DNA from: Candidatus Cloacimonadales bacterium
Lineage (GTDB): Bacteria > Cloacimonadota > Cloacimonadia > Cloacimonadales > JAIOQZ01
Direction of reading: 5' to 3'
Length of the DNA: 64,000 bases
Assembly: GCA_963662655.2 (NCBI GenBank)
Contig: CAXXTU010000002.1
Span: 2,144,001-2,208,000 of the forward strand
Positions 27,497 through 38,172 of the stretch are shown here, one piece after another. A model generated the notes under the pieces. The model was not told the DNA's origin. It did no database searches and worked only from the letters and a program-made list of their open reading frames with translations. The translations under genes and the position numbers were made by a program. Within the stretch, counting starts at the first letter, position 1; the number at the start of each line of letters is the position of its first letter.

Positions 27497-30169
27497 CTAG
27501 TTATAGTTCAGCAGAGTAATCGTTGTCTGGTCTGTCACTTCCGTGCCCACGATGGTACCTGTGATATCGACAGGAACCTCGTTTGGCGGAGGAATAACAG
27601 CGGGACATTCAAGCTGGCTGAAGCGAATCTTGGCATAAGCGATACCGTCGACAGTCTGTACAACCCAAGGTTCTTCGCCCTCTACGTTGTACGGATCATC
27701 CGCTTCAACGAATTCGCCACGTACCGAGTAAAGCGTAACTTTCGCTCCGCTAATCGGGTTACCCTGATCGTCGGTAACGGAGATCAGAACATTACCCGTC
27801 AAATACTGCGGATTGTTTGTCGGTGTCCAGTCAAGATGACCGGGAACCGGCAGCATTTCAAGTTGCGGGCCGTTGAGCGGAAGATCCACGTAATCGACGT
27901 CAACGAGGTTTCCACAGTTGATTTGAATCGGCAGGACATCGAATGTATGACTACCGTCGTAGGTCAGCGTAGAAAACGCAACGCCCTGAAGGGAGTCGCC
28001 TTCTTCGTTCGGGTTTCCAACATACGCTTCAGCAACGACAGTTGCCCAGTCGATGGTGTTGTCAGGGATCGAGAACCATACGGCCGTACCGTAGTCCACT
28101 GGGTTGCCCCATTCGTCGGTAATAATTGCGTTGATACCGACAGTCCATGTACCTGCGCCGGTGTTTTCTCCGGTATTGTATTCACCGATACCGACCGATG
28201 CATGATAGGGAGGTCCGGCATGGATAACGATATTGGAACGTGTTACGCTCACTTCCTGTCCACTTTCGTTGGTTGTGTAGGCCTTGACCGTCACAACGCC
28301 TGCCGCGCTACCGCTATTGATGGAAACGATTGCCGAGCCATTGACCGAGGTCACCGTTACAACCTCTCCAACTGCCCAGGCTTCTTCGTTGATGTTACAG
28401 CCAAGCGGCGGGGTATAGACGAATGTAAAGGATATGTCTTTGCTATCGAGAACCGGATTGCCGCTCATGTCCCAAAGGTTGACAATGAGCTCACGAGAAA
28501 CGACACCGCCTGTATTGATGATATCGATATCTACCTGGCCGTCGAAAGCGTATGTGAGTGAATGAACATCATCGGAGATAACGTTCACAACGCATGATCC
28601 GTTCGCGGAGTCAGCGACAGCCTTGATTTCAGCAAGGCCAGCGCTCAGACCCGACGAGAAGGACGCCTGTGCAATGCCTTCATCATTGGTGAAGTTCGGA
28701 GACGTGATCGATCCGATTGTGGTTTCGAACGTAACGGCTCTGCCTTCGGTAACGGCGTTGCCGTAACGGTCTTTCACCGCTGCGCGAACCCAGATTTCTT
28801 CACTGCTGTTCACCTGGATCGTATCTTGTTCCGTGGTCATCACCATGTAGCTGGGATTTCCCGGGAAGATCGGGAACGTGTAGATATCGCCAACTTCGCC
28901 GATGAAAGCGGTCAGGTTGTTCTCACCACTCTGATCGCCGGCGTTGAAGTAAGCGACGGCTGCGCCGTTAGACGTTGCCACCATAACTTGTGTTCCGTCT
29001 TCTGTTGCAGTGTCAGTTCCGCTCTGGAAGAAACCCTTTTCGGTTTCGAAGGTAATGATGGTACCGTCTTCAACTCTGTTGTTGTTTTCGTCCAACGCAA
29101 TTGCGCGGATTGTACGAACCTGGTCGATATTCATGTCGGTGAAAGACATGTCGAAGGTAACGGACTGTACAACCGGAACTGGATCAACCTGGACTGTAAC
29201 CTGAGCTGTCGTTGTTCCGACTTTCGCTTCGATGATTGCTGTACCAACTTCTTCGTTATCCCAGAAGAGAACGCTGGCTACACCTGAGCTATCGGTGCTT
29301 GCGCTGTACTCGAGGTTACCGATCGAGTTACCCTGGTTATCCGGAACAACGCGGAAACGCACTGTTTCACCCGGAACCGCGTAGTTTTCGTCATCTCTGA
29401 TAACCGCACGGACGGTCGAGTATGTCAGATTGTTGTCTGCATAGATGACTTCCGGTGTCGCGGTGAGAGATACGATACGGTAGCTCGGTGGAGCCTCAAT
29501 CGGCACAACGAGGGTTTTGGTCATTCCACCGATCGAGGCGGTGATGGTTGCATCGCCGAGGTCGCCGGCATCGTCGAATGTTGCAATCGCAACGCCATTG
29601 GCATTGCTTGTTGCTGACGAGGTGATCTCACCGAGATCGGTATTGAATGTAACGATTTCATCCGTAAGCAGGTTACCCTTGCTATCGCGAACCGTTGCCT
29701 TGATTTCGGTCGTGGTTCCGGTATCGTTATCGGAGTAGATCGATTCCTGGGTAGATACCAGTTTTGAGATGTAAACTGTTGGAGCTTCGTCGATGTACAG
29801 TGTGATTGTTTTCACAGAGTTTGCGATCTTTGCGGCGATGACGACAGGGCCGAGCATTCCAAGGTCGTGGAATTCGGATATCGCGGTACCGGAAGCATCC
29901 GTTGCAACTTCTTTTGTGATCTGGCCGATGTTACTTGTGAAGGTAACGACCTGGTCAGTGACGGGGACATTGTCTTTGTCTTTTACTGCAGCTGTAATCG
30001 TAGCATAAGTTTCCGTGTTGCCATCGGCGTAGATCGTGTCGATGTCGGTTCCAAGGTATGTCAGATAATAATCAGGAACTTTAACACTTCTGCTATCGCA
30101 GCCGGTGAAGAACAAGGCCACTCCTGCTACAGCCATCAGTAGAATAAACAGCAAGGATCTTTTCATCAT
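27497..30169 (-). CDS. Lipoprotein with about 8 invasin/intimin-type Ig-like (Big_1) repeats
   Basis: Lipobox LFFTG-C24. Repeats of the form IYAD...ATVxD..GNPV....VTF.T..G.I.....TD..G.A. Confidence 0.82.
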   Translation of the reverse strand: MMKRSLLFILLMAVAGVALFFTGCDSRSVKVPDYYLTYLGTDIDTIYADGNTETYATITAAVKDKDNVPVTDQVVTFTSNIGQITKEVATDASGTAISEFHDLGMLGPVVIAAKIANSVKTITLYIDEAPTVYISKLVSTQESIYSDNDTGTTTEIKATVRDSKGNLLTDEIVTFNTDLGEITSSATSNANGVAIATFDDAGDLGDATITASIGGMTKTLVVPIEAPPSYRIVSLTATPEVIYADNNLTYSTVRAVIRDDENYAVPGETVRFRVVPDNQGNSIGNLEYSASTDSSGVASVLFWDNEEVGTAIIEAKVGTTTAQVTVQVDPVPVVQSVTFDMSFTDMNIDQVRTIRAIALDENNNRVEDGTIITFETEKGFFQSGTDTATEDGTQVMVATSNGAAVAYFNAGDQSGENNLTAFIGEVGDIYTFPIFPGNPSYMVMTTEQDTIQVNSSEEIWVRAAVKDRYGNAVTEGRAVTFETTIGSITSPNFTNDEGIAQASFSSGLSAGLAEIKAVADSANGSCVVNVISDDVHSLTYAFDGQVDIDIINTGGVVSRELIVNLWDMSGNPVLDSKDISFTFVYTPPLGCNINEEAWAVGEVVTVTSVNGSAIVSINSGSAAGVVTVKAYTTNESGQEVSVTRSNIVIHAGPPYHASVGIGEYNTGENTGAGTWTVGINAIITDEWGNPVDYGTAVWFSIPDNTIDWATVVAEAYVGNPNEEGDSLQGVAFSTLTYDGSHTFDVLPIQINCGNLVDVDYVDLPLNGPQLEMLPVPGHLDWTPTNNPQYLTGNVLISVTDDQGNPISGAKVTLYSVRGEFVEADDPYNVEGEEPWVVQTVDGIAYAKIRFSQLECPAVIPPPNEVPVDITGTIVGTEVTDQTTITLLNYN

Positions 30170-30174
30170 TCCCC

Positions 30175-31575
30175 CTACTCTTCTTCTGAATCAGTTTTGG
30201 TTTTAATCAGCCTCTGCGTGAGTCTTTCGTCAACTTCATAGTCATCTTGTTCGTTCTGAAGATTAACAATGCGAGGCGTAATTTCGATGATGAGGTCAGT
30301 GGTTTTCAATTCCTGAACTTTGTGCTGGAACAGTTTTCCTATGAACGGAATGTCGCCAAGGAAAGGAAGCTTGTTGACTGTTGTGGAGAGAGTAGATGAG
30401 AGGAGACCGCCAACGATGATTTTGCTTCCATCCGGAACGGTAACGGTAGAGTTTACCTGACGGGTTTTCTTGCGAGGAAGACGACCGTCTACGAGTTCGA
30501 TAATCGAGCTAACTTCAGGAGATATTGTCGTTGTGATCAGGCCGTCGCGGTTTACCTTAGGCAAGACCTCGAGCTTGATACCTACGCCTTCTTCTTCTGT
30601 CTGATATTCGCCTTCACGGTCAACCGAGACATACTTGAGGACTTCACCGATGAGGATGTCGGCCTTTTCGCCGTTGAGGGCGGTGACGCGCGTATCGGTG
30701 AGAAGCTTTGCCGCGTTGTTTTCAAGAAGGAAGTCGAGTGTGATATCGAAAGCTGTCAATTGACGGCTGAAGTGGAAATGGTCGTCCCAGTCGTCCATCT
30801 TCATGAAGTATTGCTGGTCAGGAAGAACTTCGAAGTCTGTCGCATCGCCATAAATGCTGGCGCCCGTCTCGTCACTGAAGTTGTACGGAAGGCCAACGCC
30901 ACTCGAGTTGACAGGGTTCTCAGCCATGATCAGTGTGAAATGGTTGAGGTTCGACCAATCGATACCATACTGTTTTGTATCGGTGAGAGAGACTTCAATG
31001 ATACGAGCACGGATTTCGATCTGCTTTTGTGGAACGTCCAGTTCAGCGATACGATTTGCAATTTCCGCGTAGGTTTCCGGGTTCGCACGAACCAGAAGCG
31101 CGTTCTGGCCTTCAACACCGGTAACTTCGCCCGGCATTACTTCCAGAGCCTTCGTCAGTTTGTCCACATCGATGTAATTTACGGGAATTACATAACTTCT
31201 TTCACCAACCTCCTCCTCGATCTGGTTTTTTTCGCCAACGAGGAAAGTGTTTTCTCCGATCAAGCGGTAGGAAAGTCCAACCGTTTTGACAACCAGCGCC
31301 AGAGCCTGCTCGATCGGCACATCGTTCAGGTGGATTGTGATCCTTCTATCTTCCTGATCATCTTTGCCGCCGAGAGCATCGAGCGAAAGGACGATGTTGC
31401 AGTCGCTCAAGCGTGCCATGGTTGAAAGCGTATGAGCGATCGAACCATCTTCCACGTTGAGAGAGATTTTTCTGTTCAGCAGGTCATCTTGCGTGATCGC
31501 AAAAGAGCTGACGATGCCAAACACCATCATTGCGACAAGCAAAACCCATTTTGCAGAATACTTTGACCTTTGCAT
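30175..31575 (-). CDS. pilQ: Secretin PilQ (compact)
   Basis: Signal peptide, short N domains, LDVPQKQIEIRARIIEV, GIKLEVLP, KLPFLGDIPFIGKLF, IEITPRI. Follows pilMNOP. Confidence 0.88.
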   Translation of the reverse strand: MQRSKYSAKWVLLVAMMVFGIVSSFAITQDDLLNRKISLNVEDGSIAHTLSTMARLSDCNIVLSLDALGGKDDQEDRRITIHLNDVPIEQALALVVKTVGLSYRLIGENTFLVGEKNQIEEEVGERSYVIPVNYIDVDKLTKALEVMPGEVTGVEGQNALLVRANPETYAEIANRIAELDVPQKQIEIRARIIEVSLTDTKQYGIDWSNLNHFTLIMAENPVNSSGVGLPYNFSDETGASIYGDATDFEVLPDQQYFMKMDDWDDHFHFSRQLTAFDITLDFLLENNAAKLLTDTRVTALNGEKADILIGEVLKYVSVDREGEYQTEEEGVGIKLEVLPKVNRDGLITTTISPEVSSIIELVDGRLPRKKTRQVNSTVTVPDGSKIIVGGLLSSTLSTTVNKLPFLGDIPFIGKLFQHKVQELKTTDLIIEITPRIVNLQNEQDDYEVDERLTQRLIKTKTDSEEE

Positions 31576-31608
31576 AGATACTCCTTTAATTCTATATTTC
31601 TTCATTTT

Positions 31609-32145
31609 TTACCATTCCTGTTCAGTTGAAATAACATCTTTCTGTAAAGCTTTTGGTTTCTCAGGCATAGGAGCCAGTTCCAGCGAACCTTGCTTGCCGC
31701 CACGTTCGTAAAGGATTTTACCTTTGAGAATATCGACAATCTTGCGTCCTTCAAACATATCGCCTACGTGATAATCGTTACGAACGCCTTGATACTCGAT
31801 CGTTGCAATCTTCTCACCGCTGACAAGGTATGTGCCGGTGAGACGGATTGTCCCTTCCACTTCTTTCTTCCACTGCTTCTCGATATCGACAATTGTTTTC
31901 ACAATCAGATTCTGCTCCAGCGGATCCTTCACAACGGTGAAAACAAAATCTTTACGATCCTGAATGGATTGCTCGATGTCTTGAATTTCCTTTTTCAATT
32001 CAGGGCTGATACCCTTATTGCGATCGGGTTGTTCAGGATATTCAAGAGACTGGTTGTACAAGAAGTAGCCCCGTACACCAAAAGCAATCAGCATCAAAAA
32101 GATCAGGGCGATGGTGAAATCTTTAATGTATCTGCCTTCCATCAC
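31609..32145 (-). CDS. PilP-position alignment protein (N-terminal TM, KDP motif, C-terminal beta domain)
   Basis: Lies between pilO and pilQ. KDPL motif and LTGT...ATI...VGD beta domain resemble PilP/GspC HR. Confidence 0.6.
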   Translation of the reverse strand: MMEGRYIKDFTIALIFLMLIAFGVRGYFLYNQSLEYPEQPDRNKGISPELKKEIQDIEQSIQDRKDFVFTVVKDPLEQNLIVKTIVDIEKQWKKEVEGTIRLTGTYLVSGEKIATIEYQGVRNDYHVGDMFEGRKIVDILKGKILYERGGKQGSLELAPMPEKPKALQKDVISTEQEW

Positions 32146-32735
32146 GCCTCCTTCCTGATTTTGAATGTTGTCAGATCAAGCGTAACGATGTAGCGTGTAA
32201 CATCTTCTTCATCGCTGGCCTCTTCACCGAGTTCGGCTTTGAGACGTTTCGCTTTTTCGTCGATACGTTTCGGCTTCACATCGATGAGTCCAACCTTGAT
32301 GATCTGATCTGATTTTTCAAGCTTCGTGATATATTTTCCCAACTGGACGTAGGTACAATCCAGCGTTATTGTAAACTGGTGTTGCAGTACTTTTCCGGGA
32401 GAAAATACTTCCTTCGGAGTTAAAGATTCAATCGGTATAGCCAGGGAATCTGCAAAGGCAGCGAGCGTCTTCGCAAACTGATTGATCTCGTCGGAGTTGA
32501 ATTCGATAATCTCGTCGTCGACCATGATGTTGCGGATTACCCGGGATACGCCACTGAGTTCTTTATTCAAAACTTCAGCGCTATTAAGCTGTTCCTGTTG
32601 CTTCTCGATACGTTTATCAAGCTTCTTGATCTCTTTTGCCTTTTCGCTGATCATCGTACTTGCATAATAGAAATAGAACACTGTCGAAGCGGCAATCAGG
32701 AATAACAGCACCAAGTATCTTTCTTTCATCTTCAT
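32142..32735 (-). CDS. pilO: Type IV pilus assembly protein PilO
   Basis: TM, coiled coil, CTYVQLGKYITKLEK ferredoxin-like segment, synteny. Confidence 0.75.
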   Translation of the reverse strand: MKMKERYLVLLFLIAASTVFYFYYASTMISEKAKEIKKLDKRIEKQQEQLNSAEVLNKELSGVSRVIRNIMVDDEIIEFNSDEINQFAKTLAAFADSLAIPIESLTPKEVFSPGKVLQHQFTITLDCTYVQLGKYITKLEKSDQIIKVGLIDVKPKRIDEKAKRLKAELGEEASDEEDVTRYIVTLDLTTFKIRKEA

Positions 32736-33334
32736 TGCCGGCTCCTTTTCAGTGATTTCTTACCGGATTCCATCGAGTAACAGTCAATCTGGAATCTGAT
32801 GATATCCGTGTCTTTTTCTTTGTCGCGCCGGTATTGTTCGTAGAAAATCTCGGGGAAGTCCGAGCTGATTTGATCATTCTGTTTCAAATCTTCAATAAAC
32901 TGATCGATCAGGCTGTACTCTTTCACATCCTTATCGACCTGAGTGATGCCGTAGAGCGTCAGAACGCCGCGTTTGAACTGGAAGTGGGTGATGGCTATCT
33001 TGTCGCTGGTCTTCTCGGCCAGAGCGACGAGTTTCTTCGCCCAGAAAATACGGTTCAAACTAACGTCAGCGATGGTTTTCAGGTCGTCGGAAGAAAGGTA
33101 GTCGCCACTCGTCTGCGTCGCTTCGATTCGTTCCTTGATTTCGTTGAGGAACGTCTTGCGAGCGTCAATCTTTTCATCCATTTGTTGCTGGATGTAATAG
33201 ATGAAGCCGTACATGACCAACGAGATCACGAAGAAGCTGATGACAGAGTTACGAAAAGTCTTCTTTTCCTGTTCCATTTTGAGCTTCAGCTCACCGAAGC
33301 GGTTCAAGTTGATTTTGAAATATAATTGCGTCAT
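32732..33334 (-). CDS. pilN: Type IV pilus assembly protein PilN
   Basis: KINL motif, TM, coiled coil, FWAKKL...LTLYG. Follows pilM. Confidence 0.78.
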   Translation of the reverse strand: MTQLYFKINLNRFGELKLKMEQEKKTFRNSVISFFVISLVMYGFIYYIQQQMDEKIDARKTFLNEIKERIEATQTSGDYLSSDDLKTIADVSLNRIFWAKKLVALAEKTSDKIAITHFQFKRGVLTLYGITQVDKDVKEYSLIDQFIEDLKQNDQISSDFPEIFYEQYRRDKEKDTDIIRFQIDCYSMESGKKSLKRSRQ

Positions 33335-33343
33335 ATTCCACTC

Positions 33344-34411
33344 CTATTCCGGCCGCATGGCCAATCCAAGCGCCAGCGCCAGTTGAGGGTCTTTTTTGTC
33401 TTGGAACTTCTCCGGCATCTCCAGGTTCGTGTATGGATTGTACACTTCTGTCTCGATGTTCAAGGCCTGCTGCAAATACTCGGGAAGTCCTTTCATTTTC
33501 GCGGAACCGCCAACGAGGTAGATCTTTCTAAAGTCGCTGTTACCAGCCTCTTTCACATAGAAACGAAGCGATCTGCGAACTTCGACTGCGATCTGTTCCT
33601 CTGTTGATTTTTCGGAGATATCGAGCATCTTGAGTGAAGTCTCTTCTTGTTCCTTCTCTTCTTCAAGACCGTTCTCGATTTTGTAATTTTCCGCTTCGCT
33701 GAAGGACATGTCCTTCTTGTTCATGATATCGCGGGTGAAGTTGTAGCCACCCCACGGGATATCGCGCGCGAAAAATTTGGCTTTGGGGCCATAAACCACC
33801 ATGTTGGTTTTGTGTCCGCCAATGTTCAGGATGATGAACGTCCCGTCTTCCACATACGTGTTGAGCGCAAACGAGTTCGCCACCGCCAGGGATTCGATAT
33901 CCACGATGCCGGGCTGGAGCTGGGCGTCCTGAAGGACATCCGTGTGCTCTTTGAGAAGCGATTTCGTTGCTGCCGCAAGCAGGATGTTCATATTGTTTGT
34001 CTGTTCTTCCACGCTGATCACCTGGAAATCGAGCAGCATTTCGCTACCGCTGATGGGCAGGTGCTTCTTCGCCTCGAAGAACAGTGCAGATTCAAGCTCT
34101 TCCTCCGGAAGAAAGATTGTTTTGATCTGCTTGATACTGGTATTGTCTCCTCCGATTGAAGACACAAGACGTTTCACACCCTTGGGTTTGATCTTCAGAG
34201 ATTTAAGAATCTCGATCAGAACCGGGGCAAAACGTTCTTTGCGAAGATCGGACGGGACATACTCGACTCCGGAAGGAACCGTAGGGCGAATTTCATAGTT
34301 CAACAGCTTGTAACCTTCGTGCAGCTTACGAAGATGCACGAGCTTGATGCTGTGAGTACCGATATCCACACCAATGGATTCCCTGAACCTTGTTTTCTTC
34401 TGCTTAGCCAT
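33344..34411 (-). CDS. pilM: Type IV pilus assembly protein PilM
   Basis: IGVDIGTHSIK, LNIGGHKT, RSLRFY, LVGGSA, ALGLAMR (actin-like PilM). Confidence 0.92.
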   Translation of the reverse strand: MAKQKKTRFRESIGVDIGTHSIKLVHLRKLHEGYKLLNYEIRPTVPSGVEYVPSDLRKERFAPVLIEILKSLKIKPKGVKRLVSSIGGDNTSIKQIKTIFLPEEELESALFFEAKKHLPISGSEMLLDFQVISVEEQTNNMNILLAAATKSLLKEHTDVLQDAQLQPGIVDIESLAVANSFALNTYVEDGTFIILNIGGHKTNMVVYGPKAKFFARDIPWGGYNFTRDIMNKKDMSFSEAENYKIENGLEEEKEQEETSLKMLDISEKSTEEQIAVEVRRSLRFYVKEAGNSDFRKIYLVGGSAKMKGLPEYLQQALNIETEVYNPYTNLEMPEKFQDKKDPQLALALGLAMRPE

Positions 34412-34454
34412 AGTACCTCTTTTCTATGTTAATTATCGAAATTTCTACACACGG

Positions 34455-36293
34455 TCAGAAGTTCGGAGGCGGTGGAATGAAATAATAGGCCACCTGCTCG
34501 AGCTGAGACTGACCACCTTCTAAATGTACCTCTGGATAATCCGGAGGAGGTGTTTCTACAAAGCGATGATCGTAGTAATAAGCCTTGTTATATCCGATAC
34601 CCGATCCAGTAGCCCCGGGAGCGTTAACTCCCTGAACTGGCATGGGCCCGAACCTGAAGTTTTCCACATCCCACCAGCCGTTATCCTGGTCGGTGTTTCC
34701 GCTACGGTGAACAAAGCCTCTTCTCCGCTGCGCGACGGATCCCCACAGGAAGATGTAGCCTCTTTCGAGGTAGGGTGTCCATTGCGGCCAAAGCGGATTG
34801 TACCACGGGTAATCGGGAGCGGTTCCCGGATAGCCGTTAAAGCCCGTTGCGGTCTTGGCCGGCCAGGGCCAGTTATGACCTGCTGTCGGCGGATACTGGC
34901 AGAGGTGGAAATCGATGAACGAGTAGTCATCGGTATCCGGCGTGCTTCTGTGCGGGAACTGGTACTCGAAGGTGAAGATTCCGTCATCGACCATTTCGTC
35001 GCCGTCTCCCATCGCGCACAGTGCAGCATAGATTCTGATACCGCTGTAGGTGTCACCGAGGTTGCCGCAGTTCGGCATACGCCTGTCCCTAGCTTCAGGA
35101 TGCACGTAGCCATAACTGATGTAAATACTGTTCTCGGAAACAAGGCCCAGGAAGTCGGATTGATTCACGGGTGTGCCATCCGTACCGTCGGGAGCATTTC
35201 CTCGGACTGTACCCGTATAATAAATATCGTCAAGTAAATAGATGTCACCGGAGCAACCCCAGGTTTGCGCGCCATGGAATCGGCCTTTTATCCACAAATC
35301 GGAATAGATCATAACCGAGCCTTCGTTTATGTTCCAGATGTGCGGACCCGACCACAGGGTATCCTGAAACGTTACGTTGCTTTCACCAATCGCATTGCCT
35401 ACCGCTCCGTATGGCGGGTAGGAATCGTAGATCGTAAAGCTCGTTGCCGTTGGTTGCGAAGATACGTTGCCCGAGTAGTAGGTCACCTGCATATCGTTCA
35501 CTTCGCAGTAAAGGATATCGGTATTGTTCCATTCCACCGGGAAGTTCTGCCCATTCCTGCGGATCAAGTCGGCAGTGGGTGAAAAGACTACAGGAGCTGC
35601 GTTCTCGTCCCATCCCCCCAAGAAAAGCTCGTCATACTGAGGTGGGGTGGGATAGAAAACAAATGATTGCGGAGTTGAAACAAAATCATGGAACAGGGGC
35701 CATCCGCCAACATTCTTGAAATGGATATCGCCGTTACTGTGCACCTTACCCCAAAGTTCGTCGTATCCGTAGAACCAGACTTCGGTGTCGAAGATCGACA
35801 TGTCGATATCGGTGAAATACATATAGCCGGCGAGGGTTTTGGTTGAGTATGTTCTAACGGCGGCGCACTCGACCGGTGATTTGTCAAGATTGCTGTAATA
35901 GCTAACGCTCGTTGCCGGGCGACGGAAGGTTTTCGCCTTTGTCATGACTCTTCGAAAATTCTTGTGAAGGACATCGGTTGCATCGATCGATCTGGAAATC
36001 TCCGTCTTTATTGTATGGGTAGACCTCGTCATACCGCTACGTATCTCGACCTCCCGAATCGGAAGTGTGATATGGTTCGCAGCCGTACCCATATACATCG
36101 TGGATATCAATCCACGCATAAGCTCGGAACGAACCAGATGCAGTTGTTGCGACATATCTAGTTGGTAGTTCGCGAATATTGAATCGCGATGTGCTATTGA
36201 AGAGAACACCAGACCGGAAACTACAGCCACAACAGCGATTACTACGGATAGTAATATATTACCCTTTTCTTGTGTCAACATAGTATTCTCCAT
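34455..36293 (-). CDS. Large PilX-like minor pilin paralogue 3 (DUF4900-like)
   Basis: Class III-like leader QEKG|NILLS plus hydrophobic helix. YMYFTD...WGKVHSNG, WGSVAQRRRG, YYYDHRF..PPPDYP. Confidence 0.7.
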   Translation of the reverse strand: MENTMLTQEKGNILLSVVIAVVAVVSGLVFSSIAHRDSIFANYQLDMSQQLHLVRSELMRGLISTMYMGTAANHITLPIREVEIRSGMTRSTHTIKTEISRSIDATDVLHKNFRRVMTKAKTFRRPATSVSYYSNLDKSPVECAAVRTYSTKTLAGYMYFTDIDMSIFDTEVWFYGYDELWGKVHSNGDIHFKNVGGWPLFHDFVSTPQSFVFYPTPPQYDELFLGGWDENAAPVVFSPTADLIRRNGQNFPVEWNNTDILYCEVNDMQVTYYSGNVSSQPTATSFTIYDSYPPYGAVGNAIGESNVTFQDTLWSGPHIWNINEGSVMIYSDLWIKGRFHGAQTWGCSGDIYLLDDIYYTGTVRGNAPDGTDGTPVNQSDFLGLVSENSIYISYGYVHPEARDRRMPNCGNLGDTYSGIRIYAALCAMGDGDEMVDDGIFTFEYQFPHRSTPDTDDYSFIDFHLCQYPPTAGHNWPWPAKTATGFNGYPGTAPDYPWYNPLWPQWTPYLERGYIFLWGSVAQRRRGFVHRSGNTDQDNGWWDVENFRFGPMPVQGVNAPGATGSGIGYNKAYYYDHRFVETPPPDYPEVHLEGGQSQLEQVAYYFIPPPPNF

Positions 36294-36319
36294 GTTAATG
36301 CGTTAATTTCCCATACGGA

Positions 36320-38131
36320 TCAGAAGTTCTTCGGAGACTCGGTTATACAAAATTCGAGCTCCTGAAGCCTTGCCAAACCACCTTCTATAAACACCTCTGG
36401 ATAATCCGGAGGTGGGTTTTCCATCATTCGGTAATCCGCATGATAATTTTTTCTGTAACCAACCCCACTGCCATATGAGTCAGGGGCGTTGACTCCCTCG
36501 ATGGGGAGATTTCCATAGAAGTGATTCTCGATATCCCAGTGACCCGAATCCAATGGATCCGTTCCGCTACGATGCAAGAATCCCCGTCTGCGCTGGGCCA
36601 CGCTGCCCCAAAGGTTGATGGTTCCTCTTTCGAGGTATGGTTCCCACTCAGGCCAGAGTGGATTGTACCAGGGGTAATCTGGGCGATTGCTCGCGAAACC
36701 GATACCCTCTTCCGTATCTGCCGGCCATGGCCAGTACAACGGGTTCTCCGGCGGATATTTGCACAGGTGGAGATCGATCATCGAATAGCCGTCCTGATCC
36801 GGGGTGCTGCGATGAGGATAATGGTATTCGAACGTGAACACGCCCGAGTTATACGGATCTGGATCGTCATGCCCAAAGGCGCAAAGCGCGCCGTAGATGA
36901 ACATATCGCCCCCACAGTTCGGGTGCAAGCGTTCTCCGGTTGCTGGGTGTTTGTAGCCGTAGCTCACGTAGATACTGCCTTCCGAAACCAGTCCGAGATA
37001 ATCGGTGTAGTTGAGCGGCGAGCCGTCAGAGCCGTCCGGCGCGCTACCGGCGGGTGTGTTCTGATACAGGAGATCATCCACGATACGAATATCCTCAGTA
37101 CAACCCCAGCACATCGCGGTTCCCACAACGCCTTTGATCCATAACTCCGCTTCGACCAGCGTCGACTGGTTGTGCATGATCCAACTGTAAGCGCCCGACC
37201 ATACCGTATCGCGAAGCGTCACTTGAGAAGTTTCGATCTGCTCGCCGATCTCGCCATAGGGCGGATAGGAATTGTACACTGGTAAGCATGTCGGATTCTC
37301 GTCGACGAGGATTTCACCGGTGTAAATGATTACTTCTGTACCGTGGATATCGGCAAAAACGATGTCTACATCATCAAAATCGATCGGCATAGACACGCCG
37401 TTATTGCGAATGCCAACAGCCGTTCTTGTAAACTCAATAGCCGGTGCATGTTCCATATAACCGGCCAGGAAAATTTCATTTATATTCGCGGGACTCCCGT
37501 TTACGAACTGGATTTGTCCGGCTGTGGTAACACAATCATGAAACGTCGGCCAGCCAGCAATGTTTTTGAGCCAGATATCTGTGTTGCTGTGAACGCGCCC
37601 CCATACTTCATCGTAACCGTAGTAGTAAACAGGATCGCCATTAACCGACTCATCGATGTCGGTGAAGAAGCCATAGCTGGCAAACGTTACGGACTGATAG
37701 CTCTTGAATGCGCAACTCTCGACGGGAGATTTCCTGCGATCGCTGTAATAATCGGTGTACGTTGCATCGCAACGATACGATTTGGCTTTTGTGAGAACCT
37801 TACGCAAATTGCGAGACAGAATGTAGCTTTTTTTCACTGTACGGAAAATACTCGTCTTGAGAGCAACAGTCCCCACAGATATACCGTTATTAATTTCGAT
37901 CTTCCGGATAGGAAGCGTTTCTGAGTCTATGCTCTCGGACAGCCGCTGTGCGTTCATGAAACCACGTAGCATCTCAGACCTGACAAGGTGCAACTGCTGA
38001 ACCGAATCGAGCTGATATAATGAGAAAGTCACATCGCGCTGGGCGATCATAGGGAAAACAAGTGCAGAAGCAGTAGCCAGAACAGTAATCAAAATAGAAA
38101 TCATAATGTTACCATTTTCATTCTTCAACAT
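36320..38131 (-). CDS. Large PilX-like minor pilin paralogue 2 (DUF4900-like)
   Basis: NENG|NIMIS leader and the same motif set as its neighbours. Confidence 0.7.
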   Translation of the reverse strand: MLKNENGNIMISILITVLATASALVFPMIAQRDVTFSLYQLDSVQQLHLVRSEMLRGFMNAQRLSESIDSETLPIRKIEINNGISVGTVALKTSIFRTVKKSYILSRNLRKVLTKAKSYRCDATYTDYYSDRRKSPVESCAFKSYQSVTFASYGFFTDIDESVNGDPVYYYGYDEVWGRVHSNTDIWLKNIAGWPTFHDCVTTAGQIQFVNGSPANINEIFLAGYMEHAPAIEFTRTAVGIRNNGVSMPIDFDDVDIVFADIHGTEVIIYTGEILVDENPTCLPVYNSYPPYGEIGEQIETSQVTLRDTVWSGAYSWIMHNQSTLVEAELWIKGVVGTAMCWGCTEDIRIVDDLLYQNTPAGSAPDGSDGSPLNYTDYLGLVSEGSIYVSYGYKHPATGERLHPNCGGDMFIYGALCAFGHDDPDPYNSGVFTFEYHYPHRSTPDQDGYSMIDLHLCKYPPENPLYWPWPADTEEGIGFASNRPDYPWYNPLWPEWEPYLERGTINLWGSVAQRRRGFLHRSGTDPLDSGHWDIENHFYGNLPIEGVNAPDSYGSGVGYRKNYHADYRMMENPPPDYPEVFIEGGLARLQELEFCITESPKNF

Positions 38132-38172
38132 TGTTCCCCCTTTTCGTTATTTTTTTCAGCTCAAATCAAATA

